This document shows positions 1 through 8,955 of a DNA stretch of 64,000 nt, one piece after another (positions within the stretch are counted from its first letter, which is position 1; each line of letters opens with the position of its first letter). A program made the translations under genes and the position numbers. Location of the stretch: contig OY821641.1 of the NCBI GenBank assembly GCA_963555995.3, forward strand, positions 2,016,001 to 2,080,000, written 5' to 3'. The notes under the pieces were generated by a model. It made no database searches. It saw nothing but the letters and a program-made list of their open reading frames with translations, and was not told the origin of the DNA. Source of the DNA: Vicinamibacteria bacterium (GTDB lineage: Bacteria; Acidobacteriota; Vicinamibacteria; Marinacidobacterales; Marinacidobacteraceae).

Positions 1-25
1 CCCGAGGACTCTGAAGCAACCGGGA

Positions 26-214
26 TCAACTTGTGGGTAGATCAAGCATTTCCCGGAGAAAGTTGTCTCTTCGCTGTTTCGCCTCGCGGCAGTTCTCTTC
101 GGCCTCTAGAACGTCTCGTTTGGCCTTTAGAACTCTTCGTTCCGCATTCTGGACACTCCGGTCCAATCTCTTGAGTTCCAGTTCATCTTGCCGTTCATTG
201 ACATCGTCGTTCAC
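26..214 (-). CDS. small coiled-coil hypothetical protein (62 aa)
   Basis: GTG at 214 preceded by AAGGAGG (231-225); charged helical sequence ELELKRLDRSVQNAERRVLKAKRDVLEAEE; lower GC than the rest of the window. Confidence 0.5.
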   Translation of the reverse strand: MNDDVNERQDELELKRLDRSVQNAERRVLKAKRDVLEAEENCREAKQRRDNFLREMLDLPTS

Positions 215-369
215 TGACGCTGGTCCTCCTTGTGAGACGTGGTGTAGCAGGACGGCTTGGAACCATACGCGAGCCCACGCCTGCTCCGCAACATACGCGT
301 GCCGCCAGTGGCACGTTACCATGCGGATTCTTGGCCGGGCAGGTTACCGTCATTCCACACGTGGCTCGG

Positions 370-625
370 TCCTTGGTGGCGAACGTGTCCATCGCCGCGT
401 CCGCCTCCATCCGGCTCGCCTCCACCCGGATTGCGTGCAGGTCCTGCTGGGCGTTGTGCAGCCGGAAGACGGGCAATGCGCGCACCACGGTCGAGACATT
501 CTGGACCCAGAAGCGCCGGCGACGCGTCTTCGGGAGGGCCACACAGCGCTGCTCCGAAACCGAAAGCCCGTCCCCGACCGCCAACTCCGGGGAGACCTCG
601 AGGCCGCGCTCACGCAGGTCCAGCC
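370..625 (-). pseudogene. IS256-family transposase internal fragment (degenerate)
   Basis: Minus strand reads LDLRERGLEVSPELAVGDG...RRRFWVQNVSTVVRALP...AQQDLHAIRVEASRMEADAAMDTFA, resembling the IS256 segment LLDLKxRGL..P.LAVGDG...QRCWVHK...DLHxIW; no start or ends found. Confidence 0.65.
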
Positions 626-1303
626 AGCCAGCACATCGGCGGGAAGGCGCCGGTCCTGCTGGTGCTGGCGGGGACCCCGGACCTCGAGGACCGGATTGAC
701 CAGATGCGGGTGAGTTTCTGGGACCGGGCCGCGAAGCTGCGCATCGGGCGGCTCTCGGAGGAGGCGTCCGGGGAGGCGATCCGGGAACCGCTGAGCCGCG
801 ACGGAATCACCATCAGCGACGACGCGCTGGCAAAAGCCTACCGGGACCACGACGGCTATCCGTTCTTCGTCCAGCACTGGGGTCAGGAACTGTGGCGGCG
901 TGCGAAGGACCGCGCCGCGGTGACCGCGGAGGATGTGGCCGAAGCGCGGGACGCCGTGGACTCGGTGCGCAGAGCCTTCTACGAGAAGCGACGCCGGGAA
1001 ATGAAGAAGGCGGGGTTGCTCGGAGTCGCCCGGACAGTGGCCGAAGCGTTCCGGGCGCCGCCAGGAGCGGGGGACGTGGAGCGATTCCGGACCCGCGCCT
1101 CTGTCCCGGAAGGGGACGTGGACGCCGCGATACGGCGGGGGCTCGGCGCGGGGTGCACGGCGGAGCAGGCCGAGGAGGCGGAGGTGACGTTGCGCCACCT
1201 CGGATACATCTGGCCCTCCGGCCCCCTACCCTCTTGGGAGCCGGGAATCCCCAGCCTCATGGCCTACATGTGGAGCGTCGGCTCGCCGGAGCTTCGAGAG
1301 TGA
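623..1303 (+). pseudogene. C-terminal part of an AAA/ATP-binding protein, 5'-truncated
   Basis: ASQHIGGKAPVLLVLAGTP...GYPFFVQHWG...WEPGIPSL is typical of the post-Walker-B half of this ATPase family; Walker A/B region is absent and upstream DNA is the IS256 remnant. Confidence 0.6.
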
Positions 1304-1548
1304 ACCGGCGGCCGCGGTAGCGCTCCGCATCCATCGCCGACCGCGTACACGGACTCGGCCGTGGAGGTGACGTTTCGTAGTCTCCGACGGGGACCGTCAC
1401 AGGAGCGAGCAGCGATCGGAGGTTCGCTCTCCTGCGGAGAGCGGTGCCGGTGTGAACACCGGCGCTCCCGGGCCCGCGTTACGCCGCGAGACAGGCCCCG
1501 CGCATGTCGCAGCGAATCCGGCGGCCCCGTCGGGAGAGAAACCCATCG

Positions 1549-1755
1549 TCACCTCCCCGCGTGACGCGATCCCGGCCAGGCCCCGCGCCCGAAGACCTGG
1601 AACTCCCACGAGTCAGCGGCGGATCCCGAAGTTCCCGGTTCGGCGTCTTCCGCGTCGCGGTCGCCGCCGGGCGGGCGTTCCGGCTCGTCTTCCCCGGCGA
1701 CCGGACCCACCAGCAGGATGCCGACAACGACCGTCAGGATCGAGAGACGCAGCAT
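1549..1755 (-). pseudogene. truncated exported protein, probable relic paralog of the beta-barrel gene at 3770-4765
   Basis: Signal peptide MLRLSILTVVVGILLVGPVAG; ERPPGGDRDAE and FQVFGRGA resemble DRPAKTDRRDAE and AELFGRGA of the 3770-4765 protein; early stop. Confidence 0.35.
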
Positions 1756-1801
1756 CGTTTCCCTCCGGGGGGCTCCACCGGAACCCAACCGGAAAACCGG
1801 A

Positions 1802-2221
1802 CTATACGCGCGGCGTCTCGCGCCAGTCTTCGACCGTCAGGCCCGGGACGCGGCGGAACTCCCGGACGTTGCCGGTTACGAGCGTGGCGTCCAGCGCTCG
1901 CGCATGAGCTGCGATCCAGAGGTCGTTCTGCCCGATCGGCTGTCCGCTCCGCTCCAGGGCGGTCCGGATCTCGCCGTAGTGCCGGTCCACGGGTTCCGCC
2001 GGCGCCAGCACGTCCATCGCCGACAGGACCGCTTCGACCTGCCGGGTCAGCCGCTCCGATCCGCGTCGTTGGACGCCGTAACGAAGCTCCCCCGCGACCA
2101 CCACACTGATCGCCAGGCTGCCGGAAGGCAGGGCGCCCACGCGCCGCGCCAGGTCTCCGTCGGGACGACGGACCAGGGCGGAAACCACGTTGGTGTCCAG
2201 CATGTACCGGGGACGCGCCAC
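1802..2221 (-). CDS. vapC: VapC PIN-domain toxin
   Basis: YMLDTNVVS...ELRYG...IGQNDLWIAAHA...LVTGNVREF PIN motifs. Confidence 0.92.
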   Translation of the reverse strand: MARPRYMLDTNVVSALVRRPDGDLARRVGALPSGSLAISVVVAGELRYGVQRRGSERLTRQVEAVLSAMDVLAPAEPVDRHYGEIRTALERSGQPIGQNDLWIAAHARALDATLVTGNVREFRRVPGLTVEDWRETPRV

Positions 2222-2222
2222 G

Positions 2223-2489
2223 CTAGAAGATCTCTTCCGGTTCGGCGAGCGGGTCTTCGATGGACCCGAAGTCCACTTCCAGAGGGACCAGCCCGGCGAG
2301 GACTTCGGCGAGCGACGGGGACCGTTCGACAGGCTCGATCACCAGCCGGTTTTCCTCTCGGTAGATGGTGACGGAGTCCGCGGCGATCTCGAACTCCCGT
2401 GGAATGCGAACCGCCTGATTCCGGCCGTTGCGGAACAGACGCGCCCGTCGGCCGGGTCGCGATGGCTCGGGCGGGTCTATCGGGCGCAT
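2223..2489 (-). CDS. vapB: VapB antitoxin (AbrB/MazE/SpoVT type)
   Basis: RARLFRNGRNQAVRIPREF motif; directly upstream of vapC; ATG at 2489 chosen. Confidence 0.9.
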   Translation of the reverse strand: MRPIDPPEPSRPGRRARLFRNGRNQAVRIPREFEIAADSVTIYREENRLVIEPVERSPSLAEVLAGLVPLEVDFGSIEDPLAEPEEIF

Positions 2490-2525
2490 ATGCCCAGCAT
2501 AGGCCCATCGTCTTGACTCCGTCAA
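2486..2525 (-). promoter_or_regulatory. sigma70-like promoter of vapBC-1, probably leaderless
   Basis: Minus-strand TTGACG (2525-2520), 18 nt spacer, TATGCT (2501-2496), 6 nt, then ATG; palindrome GCATATGC overlaps the start. Confidence 0.55.
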
Positions 2526-2563
2526 ACACCACCGCGCACGATGCGCCGCTTCCGTCCACTCGT

Positions 2564-2604
2564 TTGATGTTTAGAGCATCAACTAGGAGCATCCGTTATG
2601 ATGC
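2564..2604 (+). promoter_or_regulatory. operator palindromes and -10 box of vapBC-2
   Basis: TTGATG-N7-CATCAA (2564-2582) and GCATC-N6-GATGC (2589-2604) overlapping TATGAT (2597-2602), just before the antitoxin ATG. Confidence 0.5.
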
Positions 2605-2608
2605 GATG

Positions 2609-2878
2609 ATGCGTACTACATTGACGATTGACGAAGACCTCGCGATCCAGATCGAGGAGCGCCGGAAGAGCGAGGGCCATTCCCTGAAGCAGGTGATCAA
2701 CACGCTGCTCCGGGAGGGACTGCGCGGCGATCCGCAGCCGACCGCACCGCGCCCATATCGCACGAGGACGTTCGCTCTCCGGCTCCGGAGCGGGGTGGAC
2801 CCGATGAAGTTCAACCAACTGGCGGACGAACTCGAAACCGAGGCGTACCGGGATCGGGAACGGACGCGACGTTCATGA
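2609..2878 (+). CDS. ribbon-helix-helix antitoxin (VapB-like)
   Basis: MRTTLTIDEDL...SLKQVINTLLREGL; stop overlaps the toxin start (ATGA); alternative start 2606. Confidence 0.85.
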   Translation: MRTTLTIDEDLAIQIEERRKSEGHSLKQVINTLLREGLRGDPQPTAPRPYRTRTFALRLRSGVDPMKFNQLADELETEAYRDRERTRRS

Positions 2879-3309
2879 TCCTGCCCGATGTCAATCTGCT
2901 GATCTACGCGGTGGACGAGACCAGCGCCCTCCACGGCGCCGGGCGGCGTTGGTGGGACGAAACCCTTTCGTCGCCGCTACCGGTCGGGCTCTGTTATCCG
3001 AGCGTGCTGGGATTCGTCCGAATCACCACCAGCCGGCAGATCCTGGAGTCGCCGCTTGACGTCGGCACCGCGGTCGCCCTGGTGGAGAGCTGGCTGGCGC
3101 AGCCCCAGACGACCCTCCTCGCGCCGACGAGCCGACACTGGGACATCGTTTCCGAGCTGCTTCGGGTGACGGGGGTGGGCGGCAACCTGACCTCCGACGC
3201 CGACATTGCCGCCTACGCGATCGAGCACGGCGGCACGCTGTATTCGAACGACGGCGATTTCGCCCGCTTCCCGGGGCTGCGCTGGAAAAACCCGCTGGCC
3301 GCCCGCTGA
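2875..3309 (+). CDS. vapC: VapC PIN-domain toxin (mycobacterial-like type)
   Basis: MILPDVNLLIYA...GNLTSDADIAAYAIEHG...SNDGDFARFPGL. Confidence 0.92.
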   Translation: MILPDVNLLIYAVDETSALHGAGRRWWDETLSSPLPVGLCYPSVLGFVRITTSRQILESPLDVGTAVALVESWLAQPQTTLLAPTSRHWDIVSELLRVTGVGGNLTSDADIAAYAIEHGGTLYSNDGDFARFPGLRWKNPLAAR

Positions 3310-3453
3310 ACCGCGACCCGACCCGCTCAGTTCCAGAGGCCGATGTCCGACGGGCCGAAAATGGTGGGAGTCAGGCTATTCGTGAAGGGTTCGGTGACGA
3401 TTCACGACGACACTCGTCGCCCCGGCGGCAGATCCCCCCGCCCGCGGACCCGG

Positions 3454-3696
3454 TCAGGCGGACCCGGTGAAACGGAGAGCGGCGAACAACAGTCCGGCCA
3501 ACGCCAGACCGTAGAGCATCAGGCGCTTCTCAAGCGCTGCGATCACCGCCTTGAACTCGGTCCTGAAATAGCTCTTCGTCACCAATTCCGTCTTTGATCT
3601 GGCGATGGCGACGGTGATCGCCACTGCGGCCGGTTGGTCCAACCCCGCCGCAGTCAACTCCCGGACCGTCGCGTGGGTATCCAGCGTGTAAGCCAT
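3454..3696 (-). CDS. DUF1640/CCDC90-like small membrane-anchored protein
   Basis: LDTHATVRELTAAG...LVTKSYF pattern plus C-terminal TM helix. Confidence 0.6.
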   Translation of the reverse strand: MAYTLDTHATVRELTAAGLDQPAAVAITVAIARSKTELVTKSYFRTEFKAVIAALEKRLMLYGLALAGLLFAALRFTGSA

Positions 3697-3769
3697 GTCT
3701 GGTCGCTGCTGCTGCGTCGTGGTTGAGTCTACCTGCCCGGCGCCCGCCGACGGTGGCGACCCGACCCCA

Positions 3770-4765
3770 TCAGTTCCCGAGGCCGATGTCCAACGAGATC
3801 AGGAAGATGGTGGGCTTGACGCTGGTCCCGTAGCGGACTTCGAAACTGCCGAGTTCCTCCAGCAGCGGACCCTCGAGGTCGGCGAAGCGAACGGTCAGGT
3901 CGGTCGTCAGCGCCGGCGAGACGATGATGTCCGCCCGGGGGCGGAGCAGGATGCGGCCGACCCGGAACGCGACGCCGAGCGAACCGGCGTACGCCACCGT
4001 GTTCCGGTCGGCCGTGAACTCCACCTCGGGGACGAACTCCGCGGGCAGGTCCGGGGGAAGGTCCTGCAGGAACTGGTCCCGCGCGTCCTGGACGGCAGTG
4101 CCCGAGAGGAGGCGGTCGGTGCTCGAATCGGTCACGCGCAACCACCCCGCGCCGAGGCCGACGAAGAGTTCGGCCCTGCCTCCCGACAGCCGGAAGTTGC
4201 GGACCACCTGTCCCACCATCACCCCCGCCCGGGAGCCGACAAAGGGCAGGTCGAGCAGACCGGGCCCGTCGCCGGATCCCGTGTCGTCGGCGATCAGCCA
4301 CGTCGGGGAGAGCGCGAGGCTCTCCAGGCGGGTGTACGTCCCTTCGACTCCCCAGTCGCCCGACATGACGCGGAAACCACCGCCCCAGCCCGCTTCCGAG
4401 ACGAGCCGGGAGGCGGTCAGGGTCTCCCCCTCCGTGTTCGGCCCGAGGGAGAGCGCGAACGAGTCCTCCGCGGAGACGCTCAGCAGGGAGAGGGCGCCGC
4501 GGCCGAACAGTTCGGCGCGCATTCCGGGCGAGGTGGAGAAGCCCTGGGCGGCGGCGGCCGCCGCCGACCGGACCGCACCGGTCGCCGGGCGCGGCGCAGG
4601 TTCGGTCTCTACCTGCGCCCGGGCGACGGGCTCCTCGCGCACGTGTTCCGCGTCCCGCCGGTCGGTCTTCGCCGGTCGGTCTTCGGCCTGTCCGGCCATC
4701 GCGGGAGCGCCGCCGAGGAGCAGGAGCGCCGCCACCAGGGCGGCTCGGGTTCTGCCGGTCGTCAT
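3770..4765 (-). CDS. exported outer-membrane beta-barrel-like protein
   Basis: Signal peptide MTTGRTRAALVAALLLLGGAPAMA; alternating amphipathic strands (LFVGLGAGW, YAGSLGVAF, FLISLDIG). Confidence 0.6.
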   Translation of the reverse strand: MTTGRTRAALVAALLLLGGAPAMAGQAEDRPAKTDRRDAEHVREEPVARAQVETEPAPRPATGAVRSAAAAAAQGFSTSPGMRAELFGRGALSLLSVSAEDSFALSLGPNTEGETLTASRLVSEAGWGGGFRVMSGDWGVEGTYTRLESLALSPTWLIADDTGSGDGPGLLDLPFVGSRAGVMVGQVVRNFRLSGGRAELFVGLGAGWLRVTDSSTDRLLSGTAVQDARDQFLQDLPPDLPAEFVPEVEFTADRNTVAYAGSLGVAFRVGRILLRPRADIIVSPALTTDLTVRFADLEGPLLEELGSFEVRYGTSVKPTIFLISLDIGLGN

Positions 4766-4872
4766 ACGCTCACTGTAACGCGCCGGCCCGCCCGGAAGAC
4801 CGGGCGGAAGCGCCCCGTTCGCCGGGTACACTCGAAACCCGGTCCGCCCGCCCGGCGGCCGAGGAGGTCCCC

Positions 4873-6315
4873 GTGATGCGATGTACCCGCGCGCTGTTCT
4901 TCGTCCTGCTGCCCGCGCTCTGGACGCCCGCGCCCGCCGCCGCCCAGGACGGGGACGCGGACGCTGTCATCACCCGGTTCCTGAACGCCCAGCGCACCGA
5001 CTTCGAGGAGGTCGCGCTCCGCATCTGGGACTGGGCGGAGGTCGGCTACCAGGAGGAGCAGAGTTCCGGGCTCCTCCAGGAACAGCTCACCGCCGGCGGC
5101 TTCTCGGTGGAGGCCGGGGTGGCCGGGATGCCGACCGGGTTCGTCGGCGAGTGGGGTTCGGAGGGACCGGTCATCGGCATCCTCGCCGAGTTCGACGCCC
5201 TGCCCGGGATCAGCCAGGCGGCGGTTCCGGAACCGCAGGAGCGGGAGGGCGTGGGCGCGGGGCACGCCTGCGGACACCACCTGTTCGGGACCGCTTCGGT
5301 GGCGGCCGGGCTGGCGGTCAGGGACTGGCTCGAACGGTCGGGGACGCCGGGGCGCATCCGGGTCTATGGGACTCCAGCCGAGGAGGGCGGCGCGGGGAAG
5401 GTGTACATGGTGCGGGAGGGTCTCTTCTCCGACGTGGACGCGATGCTGGCGTGGCATCCCGGCGACCGGAACGACGCCAGTCCGGGGGATTCGCTCGCCA
5501 ACCTCTCCGCCAAGTTCCGTTTCCGGGGGCTGTCGGCCCACGCCGCCGGCGCTCCGGAACAGGGACGCTCGGCGCTCGACGGGGTGGAGGCCATGAACTT
5601 CATGGTGAACCTGATGCGCGAGCACGTCCACGAGCGGAGCCGGATCCACTACGTGATCACCCGCGGCGGCGAGGCGCCGAACGTGGTCCCCAACTTCGCC
5701 GAGGTCTATTACTACAACCGGCATCCGTCGGTGGAGACGGCCCGCGCCAACTGGGAGCGCATCCTGAAGATCGCGGACGCCGCCGCGCTCGGGACCGGCA
5801 CCACCGTCGAGCACGAGATCATCCACGGGCTCTACAACCTGCTCCCGAACGAGCACATCGGCCGGCTGCTCTACGAGAACATGAAGGCGATCGGCGGCTT
5901 CGCCTACACCGAGGAGGAGCTCGCCTTCGCCGAGGAGATCCAGAAGCACCTGCTCAGTCCGCGTCCCATCGGCTCGCAGGAGGAGGTGATGGAGTGGCGG
6001 CGGACCCCGGCGGGGGGCTCCACCGACGTGGCCGACGTGAGCTGGGTGGTCCCGACCGCGCAGTTCCGGACCGCCACCTGGGTGCCCGGGACTCCGGCGC
6101 ACAGTTGGATGGCGGTGGCGTGCGGCGCCACGAGCATCGGCATGAAGGGCATGCACCTCGCGGCGCAGGTGCTGGCGCGCACGGGGGCCGATCTGTTCGA
6201 GGACCCGTCGCACCTGACCGCCGCGCTCGCCGAGCTCAACGCCGCGCGGGGGCCGGACTTCGTGTACCAGCCGCTGGTCGGGGACCGGCCGCCGCCGCTG
6301 GACTACCGGCGGTAA
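4873..6315 (+). CDS. M20 amidohydrolase, p-aminobenzoyl-glutamate hydrolase B (AbgB)-like, with signal peptide
   Basis: AEFDALPG, GHACGHH, GTPAEEGG, GGSTDVADVSW motifs; RBS GAGGAGG. Confidence 0.88.
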   Translation: MMRCTRALFFVLLPALWTPAPAAAQDGDADAVITRFLNAQRTDFEEVALRIWDWAEVGYQEEQSSGLLQEQLTAGGFSVEAGVAGMPTGFVGEWGSEGPVIGILAEFDALPGISQAAVPEPQEREGVGAGHACGHHLFGTASVAAGLAVRDWLERSGTPGRIRVYGTPAEEGGAGKVYMVREGLFSDVDAMLAWHPGDRNDASPGDSLANLSAKFRFRGLSAHAAGAPEQGRSALDGVEAMNFMVNLMREHVHERSRIHYVITRGGEAPNVVPNFAEVYYYNRHPSVETARANWERILKIADAAALGTGTTVEHEIIHGLYNLLPNEHIGRLLYENMKAIGGFAYTEEELAFAEEIQKHLLSPRPIGSQEEVMEWRRTPAGGSTDVADVSWVVPTAQFRTATWVPGTPAHSWMAVACGATSIGMKGMHLAAQVLARTGADLFEDPSHLTAALAELNAARGPDFVYQPLVGDRPPPLDYRR

Positions 6316-6446
6316 GTCACCGCCATCTGCGCGAGTCGCGCCGCGCGCTCCGCCCGCCTCCGGCGGGCTGTGCCGGTCTGAAGACCGGCGCTCCCGGCCG
6401 TGTCGGCGTTTCTGCCATACTCGCAGGTTCCGCGGAGGATCTGTCC

Positions 6447-7835
6447 ATGGCCAACCAGACAAGAAAGTCCCGATTTCTCCCCGCCCTCGTGGCCGGCGCC
6501 CTGACCGCCGGGCTCGCGGCGGAGACGGTCGCGCAGGACCGCCTCACCATGGCGCTGACGGGCGATTCGATCATCACCCGCAAACTGAGCGTGTACGAGG
6601 AGCCGGAGTTCCTGGCGATGATTGATCTGCTGCGGGGCGCCGACCTGGCGTTCACCAACGTGGAGATCCTCTTCCACGACTGGGAGTCCTATCCCATGAG
6701 TTCGAGCGGCGGGACCTACATGCGCGCCCAGCCGGAACTGGTGCAGGAGTTCGTGTGGGCCGGCATCGACATCGGGTCGCTGGCCAACAACCACTCCGGG
6801 GACTACGGGCCGCCCGCGATGCTCCTCACCGAGAAGTACATCCGGGAAGCGGGCATCGTCGCCGCGGGGATCGGCCGCAGCCTCGCCGAGGCCCGGGAGG
6901 CCAAGTTCATCGAGACGAAGGACGGCCGGGTCGCCGTGATCTCCCTCGCCTCGACCTATCCCGACCACTCGGTGGCCGGGAAGTCGCGCGACGACATCCC
7001 CGCGCGTCCGGGCCTGAATCCCCTCCGCTTCCGCACCACCTACGAGGTCACGAGGGACCAGCTCGAGGGCGTCCGCGCCACCATGCGCGACCTCAAGATG
7101 AACCCGCCGGCGTCCGGGGACAGCCTGAGCTTCCTCCGCAACCGGTTCGAGCTCGCCGACGCGCCCGGCGTCCGCACCGAGCCGCACCCCGAGGACATGG
7201 CGGAGATCGCCATGATCGTCAGCAACGCCCGCCGCCAGGCGGACCACGTGATGGTGACCATCCACGCCCACGAGGGCGCGCCGGGGCCCAACAGCCGCAT
7301 GGAGCCCGCCCAGTTCCTGGTCACCTTCGCGCGGGCGATGGTGGACGCCGGCGCCTCGGTGTTCGTGGGACACGGGCCGCACGCGCTCCGCGCCATCGAG
7401 ATCTACAAGGGCGCGCCGATCCTCTACAGCCTCGGCGACTTCATCTTCCAGAACGAGACGCTCCAGCGGTTGCCGTACGAGAACTACTACCGGCTCGGGC
7501 TCGACGAGAGCGACGGCCTCGCGGACTTCAACGAGGCCCGCTACAACAACGACACCACCGGGTTCCCCGCCATCCCCGAGATCTGGGAGGCGGTCATCGC
7601 GGTACCCGAGTGGAGCGGACAACAGCTCGTCGAGTTGACGCTCCACCCGATCACCCTCGGCTTCGGCCAGCCCCGCCACGTCCGCGGCCGGCCGATGTTC
7701 GCCGAGGGCGAGCTCGCCGACAAGATCCTGCAGGACCTGGTGCGGCTCTCGGAGCCCTACGGCACCCAGTTCGACATCGAGGGCGGCGTGGCGCGGGTGG
7801 TGCTGCCGACGGAAACGACGGACGCCCAGCAGTAA
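6447..7835 (+). CDS. CapA/PGA_cap family metallophosphatase-like protein
   Basis: ALTGD, FTNVE, SLANNHSGDYG, IHAHE, VGHGPH, YSLGDF motifs; signal peptide; RBS GGAGG. Confidence 0.85.
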   Translation: MANQTRKSRFLPALVAGALTAGLAAETVAQDRLTMALTGDSIITRKLSVYEEPEFLAMIDLLRGADLAFTNVEILFHDWESYPMSSSGGTYMRAQPELVQEFVWAGIDIGSLANNHSGDYGPPAMLLTEKYIREAGIVAAGIGRSLAEAREAKFIETKDGRVAVISLASTYPDHSVAGKSRDDIPARPGLNPLRFRTTYEVTRDQLEGVRATMRDLKMNPPASGDSLSFLRNRFELADAPGVRTEPHPEDMAEIAMIVSNARRQADHVMVTIHAHEGAPGPNSRMEPAQFLVTFARAMVDAGASVFVGHGPHALRAIEIYKGAPILYSLGDFIFQNETLQRLPYENYYRLGLDESDGLADFNEARYNNDTTGFPAIPEIWEAVIAVPEWSGQQLVELTLHPITLGFGQPRHVRGRPMFAEGELADKILQDLVRLSEPYGTQFDIEGGVARVVLPTETTDAQQ

Positions 7836-8945
7836 GTGAACGTTCCCGGCGTGCGGCGGGGACGCTGCCGGAGACGCCATCCGTTCCCGGCGGCGCTGGC
7901 GGCGCTCTGCATCGCCGCGCCGGTGCTCACCGTTGGTTCCGCCGCGGCGCAGGATGAGGACCCGCTCCGCATTGATCTCCACTCGCATCCGTCGCGCTTC
8001 CACCGGGCCAACGTGCCGCGGATCAGCGACGAGGAGATCGCCCGCTACCTCGACCGCGGGATGGACGCGGTGGTGGCCACCATCAGCACCGACACTCCCT
8101 ACCGCGGCGGCTACGTGCTGCGCGACGGCACCCGGATCGAGGGCGGGAATCGCCGCCCGGACCCGGCGGAACCGTGGGAATACACGCTCGACCGCTTCGA
8201 GCGGTTGACCCGCACCGTCGCCGAGGGCAACGCGGTCTTCGTGCGGACTCCGGCCGAGGCGCGGCAGGCCCGGGCCGATGGCAAGCTCGCGATCCTTCCC
8301 GCGGTCGAAGGCGCGGACTCGCTGGAGGGCCAGATCGAGCGGCTCCACGAACTGCACGAGATGGGCCTCGCCCTCGCGCAGCTCGTCCACTTCCGTCCGA
8401 ACGGGATCGGCCACATCCAGACGTGGCCCTACACCCCCGGCGGGCTGACCGAGTTCGGGCGCGAGGTGGTGCGCGAGTGCAACCGGCTGGGGATCGTCAT
8501 TGATCTCGCCCACGCCAATCCCGAGACCATCCGGGACACCCTCGAACTCTCGACCGCTCCGGTCATCTTCAGCCACACCGGGGCCTTCGCCCTCGGCGAG
8601 GCCGACCGGAACCTGCGCGATCCGGAGATCCTGGCGATCGCCGAGGACGGCGGCGTGATCGGGATCTGGCCGAACGGCCGTCAGGTTCCCACCGTCTCCG
8701 ACATGGCGCGTCACGTCCGCCACGTCACCGACCTCGGCGGGATGGGCGCCGCGGGGATCGGGAGCGATCTGAGGGGGATGTCGGCCTACAGCGAGGGGTT
8801 CGGCGACGAGGCGAACTTCGAGGCCATCGCGGAGGCCCTCGCCGAAGCCGGCTTCGACTCCGACGACGTCGAGGCGATCCTCGGCGGCAACTTCGAGCGG
8901 GTGTGGGAGGCGATCACCGCCCACCTCCCCGCCGAAACTCCATAG
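7836..8945 (+). CDS. membrane dipeptidase (peptidase M19)
   Basis: IDLHSH, VEGAD, GLTEFGREVV, IDLAH, FSHT, GIGSD motifs. Confidence 0.88.
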   Translation: MNVPGVRRGRCRRRHPFPAALAALCIAAPVLTVGSAAAQDEDPLRIDLHSHPSRFHRANVPRISDEEIARYLDRGMDAVVATISTDTPYRGGYVLRDGTRIEGGNRRPDPAEPWEYTLDRFERLTRTVAEGNAVFVRTPAEARQARADGKLAILPAVEGADSLEGQIERLHELHEMGLALAQLVHFRPNGIGHIQTWPYTPGGLTEFGREVVRECNRLGIVIDLAHANPETIRDTLELSTAPVIFSHTGAFALGEADRNLRDPEILAIAEDGGVIGIWPNGRQVPTVSDMARHVRHVTDLGGMGAAGIGSDLRGMSAYSEGFGDEANFEAIAEALAEAGFDSDDVEAILGGNFERVWEAITAHLPAETP

Positions 8946-8955
8946 GGGGGAAACC

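Noticed and set aside
4881-6446. Apparent 984-aa fusion ORF ending in CapA
   Set aside because: The N-terminal part is an alternative frame of the M20 gene; the real start is ATG 6447 with an RBS and signal peptide.
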